Below are positions 1 through 9,243 of a stretch of DNA of 64,000 nucleotides, one piece after another. How positions within the stretch are numbered: position 1 is the first letter of the stretch; each line of letters starts with the position of its first letter. The notes beneath the pieces were generated by a model. It worked only from the letters and a program-made list of their open reading frames with translations, made no database searches and was not told the origin of the DNA. Position numbers and translations under genes: made by a program. Origin of the DNA: an uncultured Roseiflexus sp. (lineage in GTDB: Bacteria > Chloroflexota > Chloroflexia > Chloroflexales > Roseiflexaceae); contig CALGYB010000009.1 of the NCBI GenBank assembly GCA_937935075.1, positions 4,854 to 68,853 of the forward strand, written 5' to 3'.

Positions 1-399
1 ATTAATCGTGTGCGCCAGGCGCGCATTGAGCACGTGTTCGTAAAATGTGCGCATCTGAGTGGACGCAGCGCCGATCAGTAGCAGCCCCAATTCCAGCCCC
101 AGGTACGGCAGCGCCTGCTCGAGACCGATAAAGGGATCGACGCGCGCAGTAAACGAGTCGACGACCGAGTCGACAATCAGTGCGCCTGCCCACGCCTGCG
201 CTGCGGGAAGCGCCGCTGCAACCAACGTCAGCACCGCCATAATGACCGTCGATGTGCGATCCGCCCTCCACACCAGCCGAAAAGCGCCTGGGATGTTGCC
301 GTATGCACTGCGCACCTGCGCCAGGCGTTCAGACCAGGTGGCAGCGGTTTCCCGCTCGAATGGACGGCGGGCGCGCCGCGTTTCACGACCGTCGTGCAT
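1..399 (-). CDS. ABC transporter permease/ATP-binding protein, N-terminal part (runs off the window edge)
   Basis: Not in the ORF track. Manual translation from ATG at 399 gives MHDGRETRRARRPFERETAATWSERLAQVRSAYGNIPGAFRLVWRADRTSTVIMAVLTLVAAALPAAQAWAGALIVDSVV..., open to base 1. GAGG RBS upstream. The AFRLVW...LPAAQAW..LIVD pattern is typical of ABC exporter TMD starts. Confidence 0.75.
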   Translation of the reverse strand, partial: MHDGRETRRARRPFERETAATWSERLAQVRSAYGNIPGAFRLVWRADRTSTVIMAVLTLVAAALPAAQAWAGALIVDSVVDSFTARVDPFIGLEQALPYLGLELGLLLIGAASTQMRTFYEHVLNARLAHTIN

Positions 400-724
400 T
401 GTCGTCCTCGTCGAGACAGCAGCGCGCCCGGCGCAACGCCAGGCGCGTATCGGGAAGGATACTCCTCACGGGTGCAGGTTTTGTCGATGCAACGTGAGGG
501 CCTGCCGGAAACTCTGCATCGGAACAGGCTTCCCTCGTGCACAGCCCTGGAGGGGCTTTCACGCGCCGTGTGCACCATCGCACCGCTGTGGTGAGCACCG
601 TCGCGCTACGTCTTCAGCGAGGGCTTCAACCTTCAGCGATACGGCGTTTCGTGACAGCGCATACCTGTATCTTTCTCTATCATACCACGTAGACCCCGGC
701 AGGACGACCCGGAAAAATGGGCAG

Positions 725-1255
725 TCACCGCACCACTCCCATCAACTGGGCGCGCTCCTCAGGCAGGATTGGCTCAAACTGCCCATTGCGGTTCAGATAG
801 ACGATCGCCTCATTCTTGACCTTCACCAGCATGTCGGGCGCACCATCGTTGTTGAGATCGACAAAATCGAGCAGAACGGGCGTTTTGTCTTCCCCGGCGC
901 CAAATAGATACGGACCGGTGATAACCCTGGTTTTTGTAGTATCACCACCCGGCATATAGACCACCACGACCTGCCGGTTGAGGTTCATTGCGATGAAGTG
1001 ACTTGGCGTGGCCGGATTATCATCGTGCCCGACGACCGCCTGCGCATGGAACGTGCGCGTCGTGCCGTAGCGCAGATCATCGAGCCGTTCACGCCCCCAA
1101 CTGACGACGTTGCCCATCACAACATAGATCGCCAGGAGCGCCAGTACCCCGGTGACCAGATACATCGCGCTGTTCACGCCCACACGCGGCACAACCGTCA
1201 GCGGGCGATCCGATAAACGGGAGTTATTGCGCAGATTCTTGCTTGTGACTGCCAT
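725..1255 (-). CDS. Conserved hypothetical membrane-anchored protein
   Basis: ORF with strong AAGGAGG RBS, one hydrophobic segment (MYLVTGVLALLAIYVVMG) and a C-terminal DLNNDGAPD calcium-loop-like motif. Confidence 0.7.
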   Translation of the reverse strand: MAVTSKNLRNNSRLSDRPLTVVPRVGVNSAMYLVTGVLALLAIYVVMGNVVSWGRERLDDLRYGTTRTFHAQAVVGHDDNPATPSHFIAMNLNRQVVVVYMPGGDTTKTRVITGPYLFGAGEDKTPVLLDFVDLNNDGAPDMLVKVKNEAIVYLNRNGQFEPILPEERAQLMGVVR

Positions 1256-1459
1256 CACTCACCCTCCTTGACTTCAGATCGATGATCCTCGCCGCTGTGG
1301 GCGTTCTTTCCAGAAACAAAATCGAAACTTTTGTGCTATTTCAGGTTCGCATGGTACCAGAACATGTTTGCTATGTCAAGGGGGATGTTGGCGAAATTCT
1401 GCGAAAAAGCCTGGTTTCAGGTCGGTATTGCCGGGGGTTCGCCCACCGTTCACTGCGGA

Positions 1460-2395
1460 TCAGAGCGATCGATCAGAAGAAAACAGGTCGCGTTCGATCG
1501 CCTCGCCATTCCATGGCGGTGCAACGCGGGTAAAGTGTTCGACCGAGTTGAGACGGCGCTGAACAAATGTGGGGATGCGGCGCAGCCAGCCAATGCCGCC
1601 ACCCTGGCTGTGATGACACTCCCGCGCCCGAATGGCCGGCTCGAAGTACGCAGAGGTGTCGATGGTCGTCGTCACCGGCGTCGCTTCACGGGCCGCATTT
1701 ACCAGGTCTACGTCGCCATTTCGCCCAAAGCGGCTCGGATCTTTCCCCAGCAGACGCATGACGAAGACGACCGAGGAAAGAAAGCGTGTCCCGAATGTTG
1801 AGTAGTAGAGACGTTGCGGTTGCCACGGTTCAAGCCCGTTGTCGATCTGTTCGGGGTAGAGCGTCGGATTGCCGGCGGCTTCGAAGGCAGCTGTCGTCGC
1901 ACGATGGCAGAAGATATGATCGGGATGACCGTAACCGCCATAGGGTCCGAATGTCACGACGACTTGCGGTTGAATGGCGCGGATCAGCGCAACAATCTGC
2001 CCGGCGACGTGCGTGAGCGGTTGACGAATCAGCGCAGCGGGATGCTGATTGTCCGGCGAACCGGCCATGCCGGAGTCGCGATGCCCGAGGAAGTGCACGC
2101 CGGTCAGTCCCAACACCTCTGCCGCGCATATCTGCTCAACGGTGCGTAACGCGCCGACATCGGCGTATCCTGCCAGCATTTCGGGAGGAACATCGCCCGC
2201 CTCGCCACGTGTCGCACAGGCGTAGTGCACTGCCACGCCGTCGTTCGTATACCGCAGGATCGTTCCGGCATTGCCGAAACTCTCATCGTCCGGATGCGCA
2301 TAGACGAACAGGAGTCGCCGCTCCGCTGCATGATTGCGCAACCAGCGCGAGTCGATGCCGTAAGCCGTAAGATCGTAAGTCGATTGTGTTGTCAT
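1460..2395 (-). CDS. PIG-L/LmbE family zinc deacetylase (MshB/Mca-like)
   Basis: AHPDDE and GHPDH metal motifs; CATRGEAG and RDSGM segments; K/R-x2-A-x2-CHxSQ-like C-terminal motif. Confidence 0.9.
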   Translation of the reverse strand: MTTQSTYDLTAYGIDSRWLRNHAAERRLLFVYAHPDDESFGNAGTILRYTNDGVAVHYACATRGEAGDVPPEMLAGYADVGALRTVEQICAAEVLGLTGVHFLGHRDSGMAGSPDNQHPAALIRQPLTHVAGQIVALIRAIQPQVVVTFGPYGGYGHPDHIFCHRATTAAFEAAGNPTLYPEQIDNGLEPWQPQRLYYSTFGTRFLSSVVFVMRLLGKDPSRFGRNGDVDLVNAAREATPVTTTIDTSAYFEPAIRARECHHSQGGGIGWLRRIPTFVQRRLNSVEHFTRVAPPWNGEAIERDLFSSDRSL

Positions 2396-2587
2396 GTTCC
2401 AATGCCCGCCTGTCTGACATCTGATACTAACGTGCGGTCAGTCAGACAAGATGTTCGAGCGCCTGGTTCGCGAGGCGCACCAGTCAACGCGCACCGGCAG
2501 TCCATGTTGTGGACACGTGACTGCGCAGTGGCATCAGCAACCCTGTGAGTATCAAAAACCATTATTGACTTCCCGGCACAAAGCGGT

Positions 2588-2888
2588 AACCACGAAGGTC
2601 ACAAAGGACATGCGCTTCATTTTCCCCTTCGTGCGCTTCGGGTCCCCGGCGGTTCAGCCTTTGTGCAAGCGACATCGGCGCTGTTAACCACGAAGGTCAC
2701 CAAGGGACACAAAGGACATGCGCTTCATTTTCCCCTTCTGCGCTTCGGGTCCCTGGCGGTTCAGCCTTTGTGCAAGCGACATCGGCGCTGTTAACCACGA
2801 AGGTCACCAAGGGACACAAAGGACATGCGCTTCATTTTCCCCTTCGTGCGCTTCGGGTCCCTGGCGGTTCAGCCGGTGTGCAAGCGAC
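2588..2888. repeat. Three tandem copies of a 98-107 bp palindromic intergenic element
   Basis: Units start at 2588, 2686 and 2793, each AACCACGAAGGTCAC...AAAGGACATGCGCTTCATTTTCCCCTTC(G)TGCGCTTCGGGTCCC(C/T)GGCGGTT; near-identical to one another. Confidence 0.9.
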
Positions 2889-3023
2889 TCGTTATTGTCC
2901 AAATGACCGCGATTTAGTATCAGTCCTCAATTCTCAAAACCTCGACAGAGGGATTGTTATTATACCACCTTCTCTCACAAAGAATTAACGCGCCCATCCA
3001 CCCCCGCACGCAGCATCACCGGG

Positions 3024-3029
3024 TATAAT
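3024..3029 (+). promoter_or_regulatory. Candidate -10 box for the S8 peptidase
   Basis: Perfect TATAAT 30 nt upstream of ATG 3060; no clear -35. Confidence 0.35.
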
Positions 3030-3059
3030 GCATCATGTGTCCAGAGAGGCATTGATTGC

Positions 3060-5132
3060 ATGTATCGCCATCTGCTCGCTCTCGTTGTTCTTGTTCTCAT
3101 ACTGGCGGCGCCGCTCGCTCCACCCGTCGCAGCCCGCGAGGCATCTGATGAACTAGTGGTGCGCCTCGCCGAAGGCTGGTCGCTGACCGCCGACGCGCGC
3201 GTTCGTGGCCCGTTCGCCGCACCCCTCGATGGCTTGCTGCGACGGTCTGGCGTCCGTCAAGCGCAGGCGCTCGGCGGCGACGCCTACCTGCTGCGCTTCG
3301 CTCGCTCATTTGAAAAGGGTGACCTGATCACGCGCCTGAACGATACGCCAGGCATTGTGTACGCGGAACCAAACCGTGAACGTCAGGCGCTGCGCGTTCC
3401 CGACGACGAAGGAGTCGACCGCCAGTGGTCACTGGCGGTCATTCAGGCATTCGATGCCTGGAACATCACGACGGGAAGCGAGATCATCATTGCTGTTCTC
3501 GACACCGGCGTGTCGCCGACACATCCCGATCTGAGCGGGCGCGTGCTGCCCGGCTTCGATTTTGTGAACAACGATGATGACCCTCGTGATGATGACGGGC
3601 ACGGAACATTCACCGCCGGCGTTGCGGCTGCGGCAGGCGACAACAGGATCGGCATCGCCGGCATCTGCTGGCGCTGTCGCATTCTGCCGGTCAAGGTGCT
3701 CAACCGGCGCGGTCGCGGCAATGACGCCGCTATCGCCGCCGGCATTCGTTTCGCGGTTGATCGCGGTGCGCGTATTATCAGTATGAGTTTTGGCGGACCG
3801 GACGACTCGCGGGTGTTACGCGAGGCGGTCGCGTATGCGCTGGAACGTGATGTGCTCCTGGTCGCTGCGTCGGGCAATGGTCAGACGGAGGGCAATCTAC
3901 CCAATTACCCTGCGGCCTATCCGGGAGTTCTGGCAGTTTCGGCGACCGGACCGAACGACGCGATCACCAGTTTTTCGACAACCGGCGATTTTGTTGCGCT
4001 GGCTGCGCCGGGCGCCGAGGTGTGGAGCACCCTGTGGCGACGCACAACCGGCGACACGTATGGTTTTGCCGATGGCACATCCGCCGCCTGCCCGCATGTG
4101 GCAGGCGCAGCGGCGCTTGTGTGGACGGTGCGCCCCGAATTGTCCGCCCGTCAGGTCGCCGAAGTCTTGATGCTCGGCGCCGATGATCGCGGCGCTCCCG
4201 GCAAAGACCCGGCGTATGGGTATGGACGCCTGAACCTTTTGCGCGCGGTGCAGGTTGCGCTGGAACCCGATCTGCTGAACCGTTCGCGGATCGAGGGAGT
4301 TGTGCGGAGCGTCGCCCCGGATCAAACCACGATTGTGCTGAGCGCCGGGCGGGAAACTCGCCCCGATACAGGGGGGTTCTACCGTTTCGACAATCTCCCT
4401 GCCGGTCAATATACGATCACTGCCCGCAGTCCTTCTGGCGAAACGCTGCAACAACAGGTGTCGTTAACGGGCACGGCGCTCAGCGTGGCACGCGTCGATT
4501 TTGCACTGGATAGCGCCAGCGCCGCCAGCACGGCATTTGCTCCGGTTGCACCGCAGCGCGGCGTCGTCTACTTCCCCGAAACCGGGCACACGCTACGCGG
4601 CGTCTTCCTCTCCTACTGGCGCACACACGGCGGGTTGCCGGTTTTCGGATACCCGATCAGTGAAGAATTCATCGAGCGCAGTGAAGACGGGCGCGAGGCG
4701 CTGGTGCAGTATTTCCAGCGACACCGGTTTGAACTCCGCCCTGAGAACCGCCCGCCGTACAACGTTCAGTTGAGTCGCATGGGCGATATCATTCTTCGCG
4801 CGCGCGGCGTAGACTGGTTCACTTTGCCAAAAGGAGCGCCCCGACAGGGATGCCGCTATTTCCCCGAAACCGGACACAGCCTCTGCGAGCCGTTCCTCAG
4901 CGCCTGGAGAGCCAGCGGCCTCGAGTTCGACCGCAGGCGCGGCAAGTCGGAAGCCGAGAACCTGGCGCTGTTCGGCATGCCAATCTCTGAACCGCAGATC
5001 GAAACGCTTCCTGACGGTCGCCCGATCCTGGTGCAGTGGTTCGAGCGCGCGCGCTTCGAGGATCATGGACCCGACGGAGTTCTGTTCGGGCTGCTTGGCG
5101 AAGAACTGGCGCGCCTTCGCGGATGGCGCTAA
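3060..5132 (+). CDS. Secreted S8 subtilase (thermitase-like) with a carboxypeptidase-regulatory-like beta domain and C-terminal YFPETGH repeats
   Basis: Signal peptide; catalytic triad motifs DTG, HGT and GTSAACPH; oxyanion ASGN; two YFPETGH(T/S)L...Q(Y/W)F(Q/E)R repeats. Confidence 0.93.
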   Translation: MYRHLLALVVLVLILAAPLAPPVAAREASDELVVRLAEGWSLTADARVRGPFAAPLDGLLRRSGVRQAQALGGDAYLLRFARSFEKGDLITRLNDTPGIVYAEPNRERQALRVPDDEGVDRQWSLAVIQAFDAWNITTGSEIIIAVLDTGVSPTHPDLSGRVLPGFDFVNNDDDPRDDDGHGTFTAGVAAAAGDNRIGIAGICWRCRILPVKVLNRRGRGNDAAIAAGIRFAVDRGARIISMSFGGPDDSRVLREAVAYALERDVLLVAASGNGQTEGNLPNYPAAYPGVLAVSATGPNDAITSFSTTGDFVALAAPGAEVWSTLWRRTTGDTYGFADGTSAACPHVAGAAALVWTVRPELSARQVAEVLMLGADDRGAPGKDPAYGYGRLNLLRAVQVALEPDLLNRSRIEGVVRSVAPDQTTIVLSAGRETRPDTGGFYRFDNLPAGQYTITARSPSGETLQQQVSLTGTALSVARVDFALDSASAASTAFAPVAPQRGVVYFPETGHTLRGVFLSYWRTHGGLPVFGYPISEEFIERSEDGREALVQYFQRHRFELRPENRPPYNVQLSRMGDIILRARGVDWFTLPKGAPRQGCRYFPETGHSLCEPFLSAWRASGLEFDRRRGKSEAENLALFGMPISEPQIETLPDGRPILVQWFERARFEDHGPDGVLFGLLGEELARLRGWR

Positions 5133-5140
5133 CAGGTGCG

Positions 5141-6286
5141 TCACCTGTCCTTTCCCAGTGCCAGAATACTTGCACCAAGCGCAGCGATCAGCGCTGCCGC
5201 CGCAAACAATGCGCCATAGCCGTAATCGCGGTAGATCACGCCGCCGACTGCATTGGCGAACGCAACCGCCACGCCAAAAACCGCCATGCCGAACAGACTC
5301 TGCGCCGTTGCTTCGAGTCCCGAAGGCGCCAGGCGCTGCGCCTCGACCACGCCTGCTGTCCAGAGCGATGCAAAACAGAGACCGTGGAGCAGCTGGATCG
5401 TCAGCGCCCATTCCGGCGTTGGCGCTGACCAGTAGAGCAGCATACGAATGGTGTAGGCAATGCCCGCAGTAACAATCAGCCAGCGCGCCCCCCACCGGCG
5501 AATGGCAAATGCCGAGAACGCCATTACCGGCAGTTCGCTGATGCTGGCAATCGTATACGCCAGGCCGATCTGGGCGCTGCTGGCGCCCAGGTCTTCCATG
5601 TAGAGTGAAAAGAAGCCATGCATCAACGCTCCGCTGCATCCGATGAACATTGCGCCGACGAGAAACCGCGCCCAGCGCCCGTCGCGCAGCAGCCGACGCG
5701 CCGCCTGCACCACATTGACCGTCACCACTTCGGCGCGCGGCATCGCCAGCGCCGCCAGCGCACCTGCGATCGGGTACACCCAGAAGATCAAGCCTAACCC
5801 CATGCGCTGCACTGCCCACCCAAAGGCAATCGTGCTCAGTCCCCAGCCAAGCGCCCCCCAGACGCGTTGTGATCCATAGCGCTCGCGCGCATTCCCAAGC
5901 GCTGCCAGCGTGGCGCTATCCGCCAGCGGCGCAACCGGCGCAGCAAACAGGCTCATGACGCTTACCAGCGCAAAAATCAACCAGAAATCGGTCGTCACAC
6001 CGAGCAGCAGCGCCGGCACAACTGCACCGGCGATGACCACCGGCAGCAACAGACGACGCAGGCGCAGCGCATCGGCAAACAATCCCCAAAGCGGGCTGGC
6101 GATCTGCAGGATGCCGCCCAACGACAGCAGCACCCCGATCTGCGCCAGATTCAGCCCGATGCTCCGATAATGCAGCGTGATGAACGGCATGAACGATCCC
6201 AGTGCGACGAACCAGCAAAAGTAGAATGCCTTCGGCGCAATCAACAGGCTCGTTGCGCGCGCCCGCAGCGAGACTCGCAGAGTCAT
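5141..6286 (-). CDS. MFS transporter (MFS_1-like/HcaT-type)
   Basis: About 12 hydrophobic helices. The + strand reads TCA at 5141 (TGA on -) and CAT at 6284-6286, so the gene is on the minus strand despite the + label in the ORF track. Confidence 0.9.
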   Translation of the reverse strand: MTLRVSLRARATSLLIAPKAFYFCWFVALGSFMPFITLHYRSIGLNLAQIGVLLSLGGILQIASPLWGLFADALRLRRLLLPVVIAGAVVPALLLGVTTDFWLIFALVSVMSLFAAPVAPLADSATLAALGNARERYGSQRVWGALGWGLSTIAFGWAVQRMGLGLIFWVYPIAGALAALAMPRAEVVTVNVVQAARRLLRDGRWARFLVGAMFIGCSGALMHGFFSLYMEDLGASSAQIGLAYTIASISELPVMAFSAFAIRRWGARWLIVTAGIAYTIRMLLYWSAPTPEWALTIQLLHGLCFASLWTAGVVEAQRLAPSGLEATAQSLFGMAVFGVAVAFANAVGGVIYRDYGYGALFAAAALIAALGASILALGKDR

Positions 6287-6554
6287 GCGACGATCCAATC
6301 ATCAGAATCAGGAGAGGGGCACACGCCTTCGTGCAGGAACATATGCACAACGCGCGACTATTATAGCCGGAAGTCCGTGGTATCATACGTACAGAACGTA
6401 TAATCGGCAGGTCAGTTGCGTTCTTATACGATGAGGGCGCCAGCGACGACGGTCATTCCCGACCCGGCGAGGGATCATTGAAATCACGTCGTTGTGTGCC
6501 GTGCATCAACAAAAGCCCGGAACGTCAGGCCATCTGTGAGCGAAAGAGACGTCC

Positions 6555-9221
6555 ATGCCCGAGTTGAATCTGATCGGTCGAACGATTGGTCGCTTCGAGA
6601 TCCTCTCCGAACTGGGTCGCGGCGGCATGGCAGTGGTCTACAAAGCGCGACAGACATCGCCCAACCGTATTGTTGCGCTCAAGGTGCTGCCGCCAGAGTT
6701 GAGCCTCGACCGCACATACATCGCCCGCTTCCGTCAGGAAGCCGATAGCGCCGCCGCGCTCGAGCATCCTAACATTGTTCCGATCTATGTGGTGGACGAA
6801 GCGGACGGATTGCACTACATTGCGATGAAGTTCATCGATGGGCGCACCCTGAAAGAGGTCATTCACGAGCGGGGCACATTGCCCGTCGATGAGACGATCC
6901 GGCTGGTCGAGCAGGTGGCGAGCGCACTCGATTATGCGCACAGCCGGGGAGTCATCCATCGTGACATCAAACCGTCCAATATGATGCTCGACCGCAGCGG
7001 ATGGGTCTACCTGACCGATTTTGGTCTGGCGCGCGGCACAGGCGGCGGCGGCGGGCTGACCGTCGCCGGCACGGTGATGGGAACACCGGAATATATGTCA
7101 CCGGAGCAGGCGCAGGGCTTGCCGAACGTCGGACCGCCGACCGACATTTATGCGCTCGGTGTGGTAATCTACGAGATGCTCACCGGTCGCATGCCGTTCA
7201 AAGCGGATACGCCGCTGGCGATGCTGGTGGCGCGGCTGCAACAGGCGCCTATTCCGCCGCGCGACTTTCGCAGCGATCTGCCGCTGCCGGTGGAGGATGT
7301 GATTATGCGCGCGCTGGCGCGCAAGCCGGAGGCGCGTTACCCAAGCGCCGGCGAACTGGTGACGGCGCTCAAACAGGCGGCGGGGCCGGGCACAGGCTCG
7401 ATGAGCAGCGCCACGCCACCTGTCTCGCCGCCTGCCGGGACGCCGCTGCCGTATGTGCGTACCGTGCCGCCATCGCCGCCCGCCGGAACCGCCGCGCCTC
7501 GTCCGCAGGCGCCTCCGGCGTCGCCTGCATATGGCGTTCCTGCCCAACCATACTCCCCCCCCTCTGGCGAACCGACCATCCACGCCAGTTCGCCAGCGTA
7601 TGGCGTTGCTGCACAGCCACAGTCGCCGCCCTCCGGTCTCCCCACAATGAATGTTCCACCAGGAACATTGCCGCCGCCGCCTACGGCGCAGGCGCCCGCC
7701 AAAGCGAAGAAAGGCGGAAGTTTGGGATTGATCATCGGCGGCGTCGCAGCAGTGCTGTTGCTGCTCGTCGGCGCATTCTTCCTGATCCGCCCGTCAGACG
7801 GCAATGAACGTCCGCAGGTCACGACGGCGCTGACGCAGGCGAACCAGTTGTTCAACCAGCGCGGCAGTCTCGATCAGGCTATCGAAGCCTACCAGAATGT
7901 TCTGAACCTCGATAAACAGAATGTCGAAGCGCACACGCGCCTGGCGTTGATCTACCAGTTTCGTGATCGCTACACCGACGCCGAGAACTCGGCGCGCGCC
8001 GCAATCGCCGCCGATGCACGCGCTGCACTAGCGCACGCCGTGCTCGCCGAGTCGCTCCACAGCCAGGGACGGTATGATGAGGCGCTCGACGCTGCCGATG
8101 AGGCGGTTGCCGCTGATCCTGACCATCCGGCGGGATATGCGTCGCGCGCGGTCATCAAAGCCGCGCGCGCGCTCGACGATGCCGATGCAGCCATGCTGAG
8201 CGAGGCGGTGGACGATGCCGAGGCCGCGCTCGAAAAAGCGGCGGGGAAGGAGAACCTGCTTCAGGCGCTGGCGCATAATGCGCGCGGCGTTGTCTATTGG
8301 TATCAATATCAGTTCAGCAACGATCAGTCAATGGTTGCACGGGGCGGTGATGAGTTCAACCGCGCAATCGGCTTGCAGGGTCAGATCGCGGTTTTCCATT
8401 CCAACCTTGGCTACTTCTACAACGACCAGGGCGCGAATGCTCTCCAACGCGGCAACCGTCAGGACGCCGCGCCGCTGCTGGAACTGGCGCGGCAGCAGTT
8501 CGAACGCGCTCAGGAGATCGATCCGGCATACGGGCATGCCCATGCCGGACTGGGATGGAATCTCTACCATCTGGAAGATTACGCTGGCGCGGTAGCAGAG
8601 TTCGATAAAGCGCTCGAACTCAATCCCCAGGATGCCGATGCGCACCTTGGGAAGAGTTATGCACTGCTGGCGTTCTCGCCACCCGATTATGACAGCGCGA
8701 TTGCAACCCTTGAACGGGCGATCACGATCACGCCTTACCGTCCCGATCTGTTCGCGCGTCTGGGATGGACGCATATGAGCAAAGGATTTAGCCTGCCATT
8801 CGGCAGCAGTGAACAGACATCGACCTACCAGCGCGCCGAGGATCGTTTCCGTGAGGCGCTCGACCGCAACGACCGTTTCGTCAGCGCTATTACCGGTCTG
8901 GGCTGGGCGCAGTCGGCACTCGGGCAGTACGAACAGGCGCTCGACACGCTGCAACAGTCCCTGGCGATCAAGGACGATCAGGCAGACGCACATTTTGGAG
9001 TCGGCTGGACGTACTACAACCAGGGGCGCTTCAATGACGCCGAGGTCAGTTTCCGCCGCGCGATAGAGATTGCGCCAAATGATGGCGGCAATTACTACTG
9101 GCTGGGGCTGACGCTCGAACAACTCGGGCGAGTGGAAGAAGCAAAGCAGGCGTATCGTACTGCCATTGAGAAGGGGAGCCGCTTCGCGCAGCAGGAACTC
9201 GACCGGTTGGGGGGATCGTAG
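6555..9221 (+). CDS. Membrane Ser/Thr (Hanks) protein kinase with Pro-rich linker, TM helix and C-terminal TPR array
   Basis: GRGGMAVVY, ALKVL, HRDIKPSN, DFG and YMSPE motifs; TM LGLIIGGVAAVLLLLVGAFFLI; many TPRs (e.g. AHAGLGWNLYHLEDYAGAVAEFDKALELNP). Confidence 0.95.
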   Translation: MPELNLIGRTIGRFEILSELGRGGMAVVYKARQTSPNRIVALKVLPPELSLDRTYIARFRQEADSAAALEHPNIVPIYVVDEADGLHYIAMKFIDGRTLKEVIHERGTLPVDETIRLVEQVASALDYAHSRGVIHRDIKPSNMMLDRSGWVYLTDFGLARGTGGGGGLTVAGTVMGTPEYMSPEQAQGLPNVGPPTDIYALGVVIYEMLTGRMPFKADTPLAMLVARLQQAPIPPRDFRSDLPLPVEDVIMRALARKPEARYPSAGELVTALKQAAGPGTGSMSSATPPVSPPAGTPLPYVRTVPPSPPAGTAAPRPQAPPASPAYGVPAQPYSPPSGEPTIHASSPAYGVAAQPQSPPSGLPTMNVPPGTLPPPPTAQAPAKAKKGGSLGLIIGGVAAVLLLLVGAFFLIRPSDGNERPQVTTALTQANQLFNQRGSLDQAIEAYQNVLNLDKQNVEAHTRLALIYQFRDRYTDAENSARAAIAADARAALAHAVLAESLHSQGRYDEALDAADEAVAADPDHPAGYASRAVIKAARALDDADAAMLSEAVDDAEAALEKAAGKENLLQALAHNARGVVYWYQYQFSNDQSMVARGGDEFNRAIGLQGQIAVFHSNLGYFYNDQGANALQRGNRQDAAPLLELARQQFERAQEIDPAYGHAHAGLGWNLYHLEDYAGAVAEFDKALELNPQDADAHLGKSYALLAFSPPDYDSAIATLERAITITPYRPDLFARLGWTHMSKGFSLPFGSSEQTSTYQRAEDRFREALDRNDRFVSAITGLGWAQSALGQYEQALDTLQQSLAIKDDQADAHFGVGWTYYNQGRFNDAEVSFRRAIEIAPNDGGNYYWLGLTLEQLGRVEEAKQAYRTAIEKGSRFAQQELDRLGGS

Positions 9222-9243
9222 GCTGCGACAGTTTCGTGCGGGA

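Noticed and set aside
59-907. 282-aa + strand ORF
   Set aside because: Antisense shadow of the ABC gene and its neighbour; Ser/Arg/Ala-rich with no motifs.
1460-2395. Evidence for mycothiol/bacillithiol biosynthesis
   Set aside because: Family-level PIG-L similarity only; no mshA/mshC/bshA/bshC neighbours in the window.
2588-2888. CRISPR array
   Set aside because: Units are ~100 bp and near-identical along their whole length, with no unique spacers and no cas genes.
4593-5819. 408-aa - strand ORF
   Set aside because: Off-frame overlap of the S8 and MFS genes; Arg/Gly/Cys-rich nonsense typical of high-GC DNA.
5141-6298. ORF track entry giving the MFS protein on the + strand
   Set aside because: The listed protein is obtained only from the reverse complement (TGA at 5143-5141, ATG at 6286). 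The strand label is wrong.
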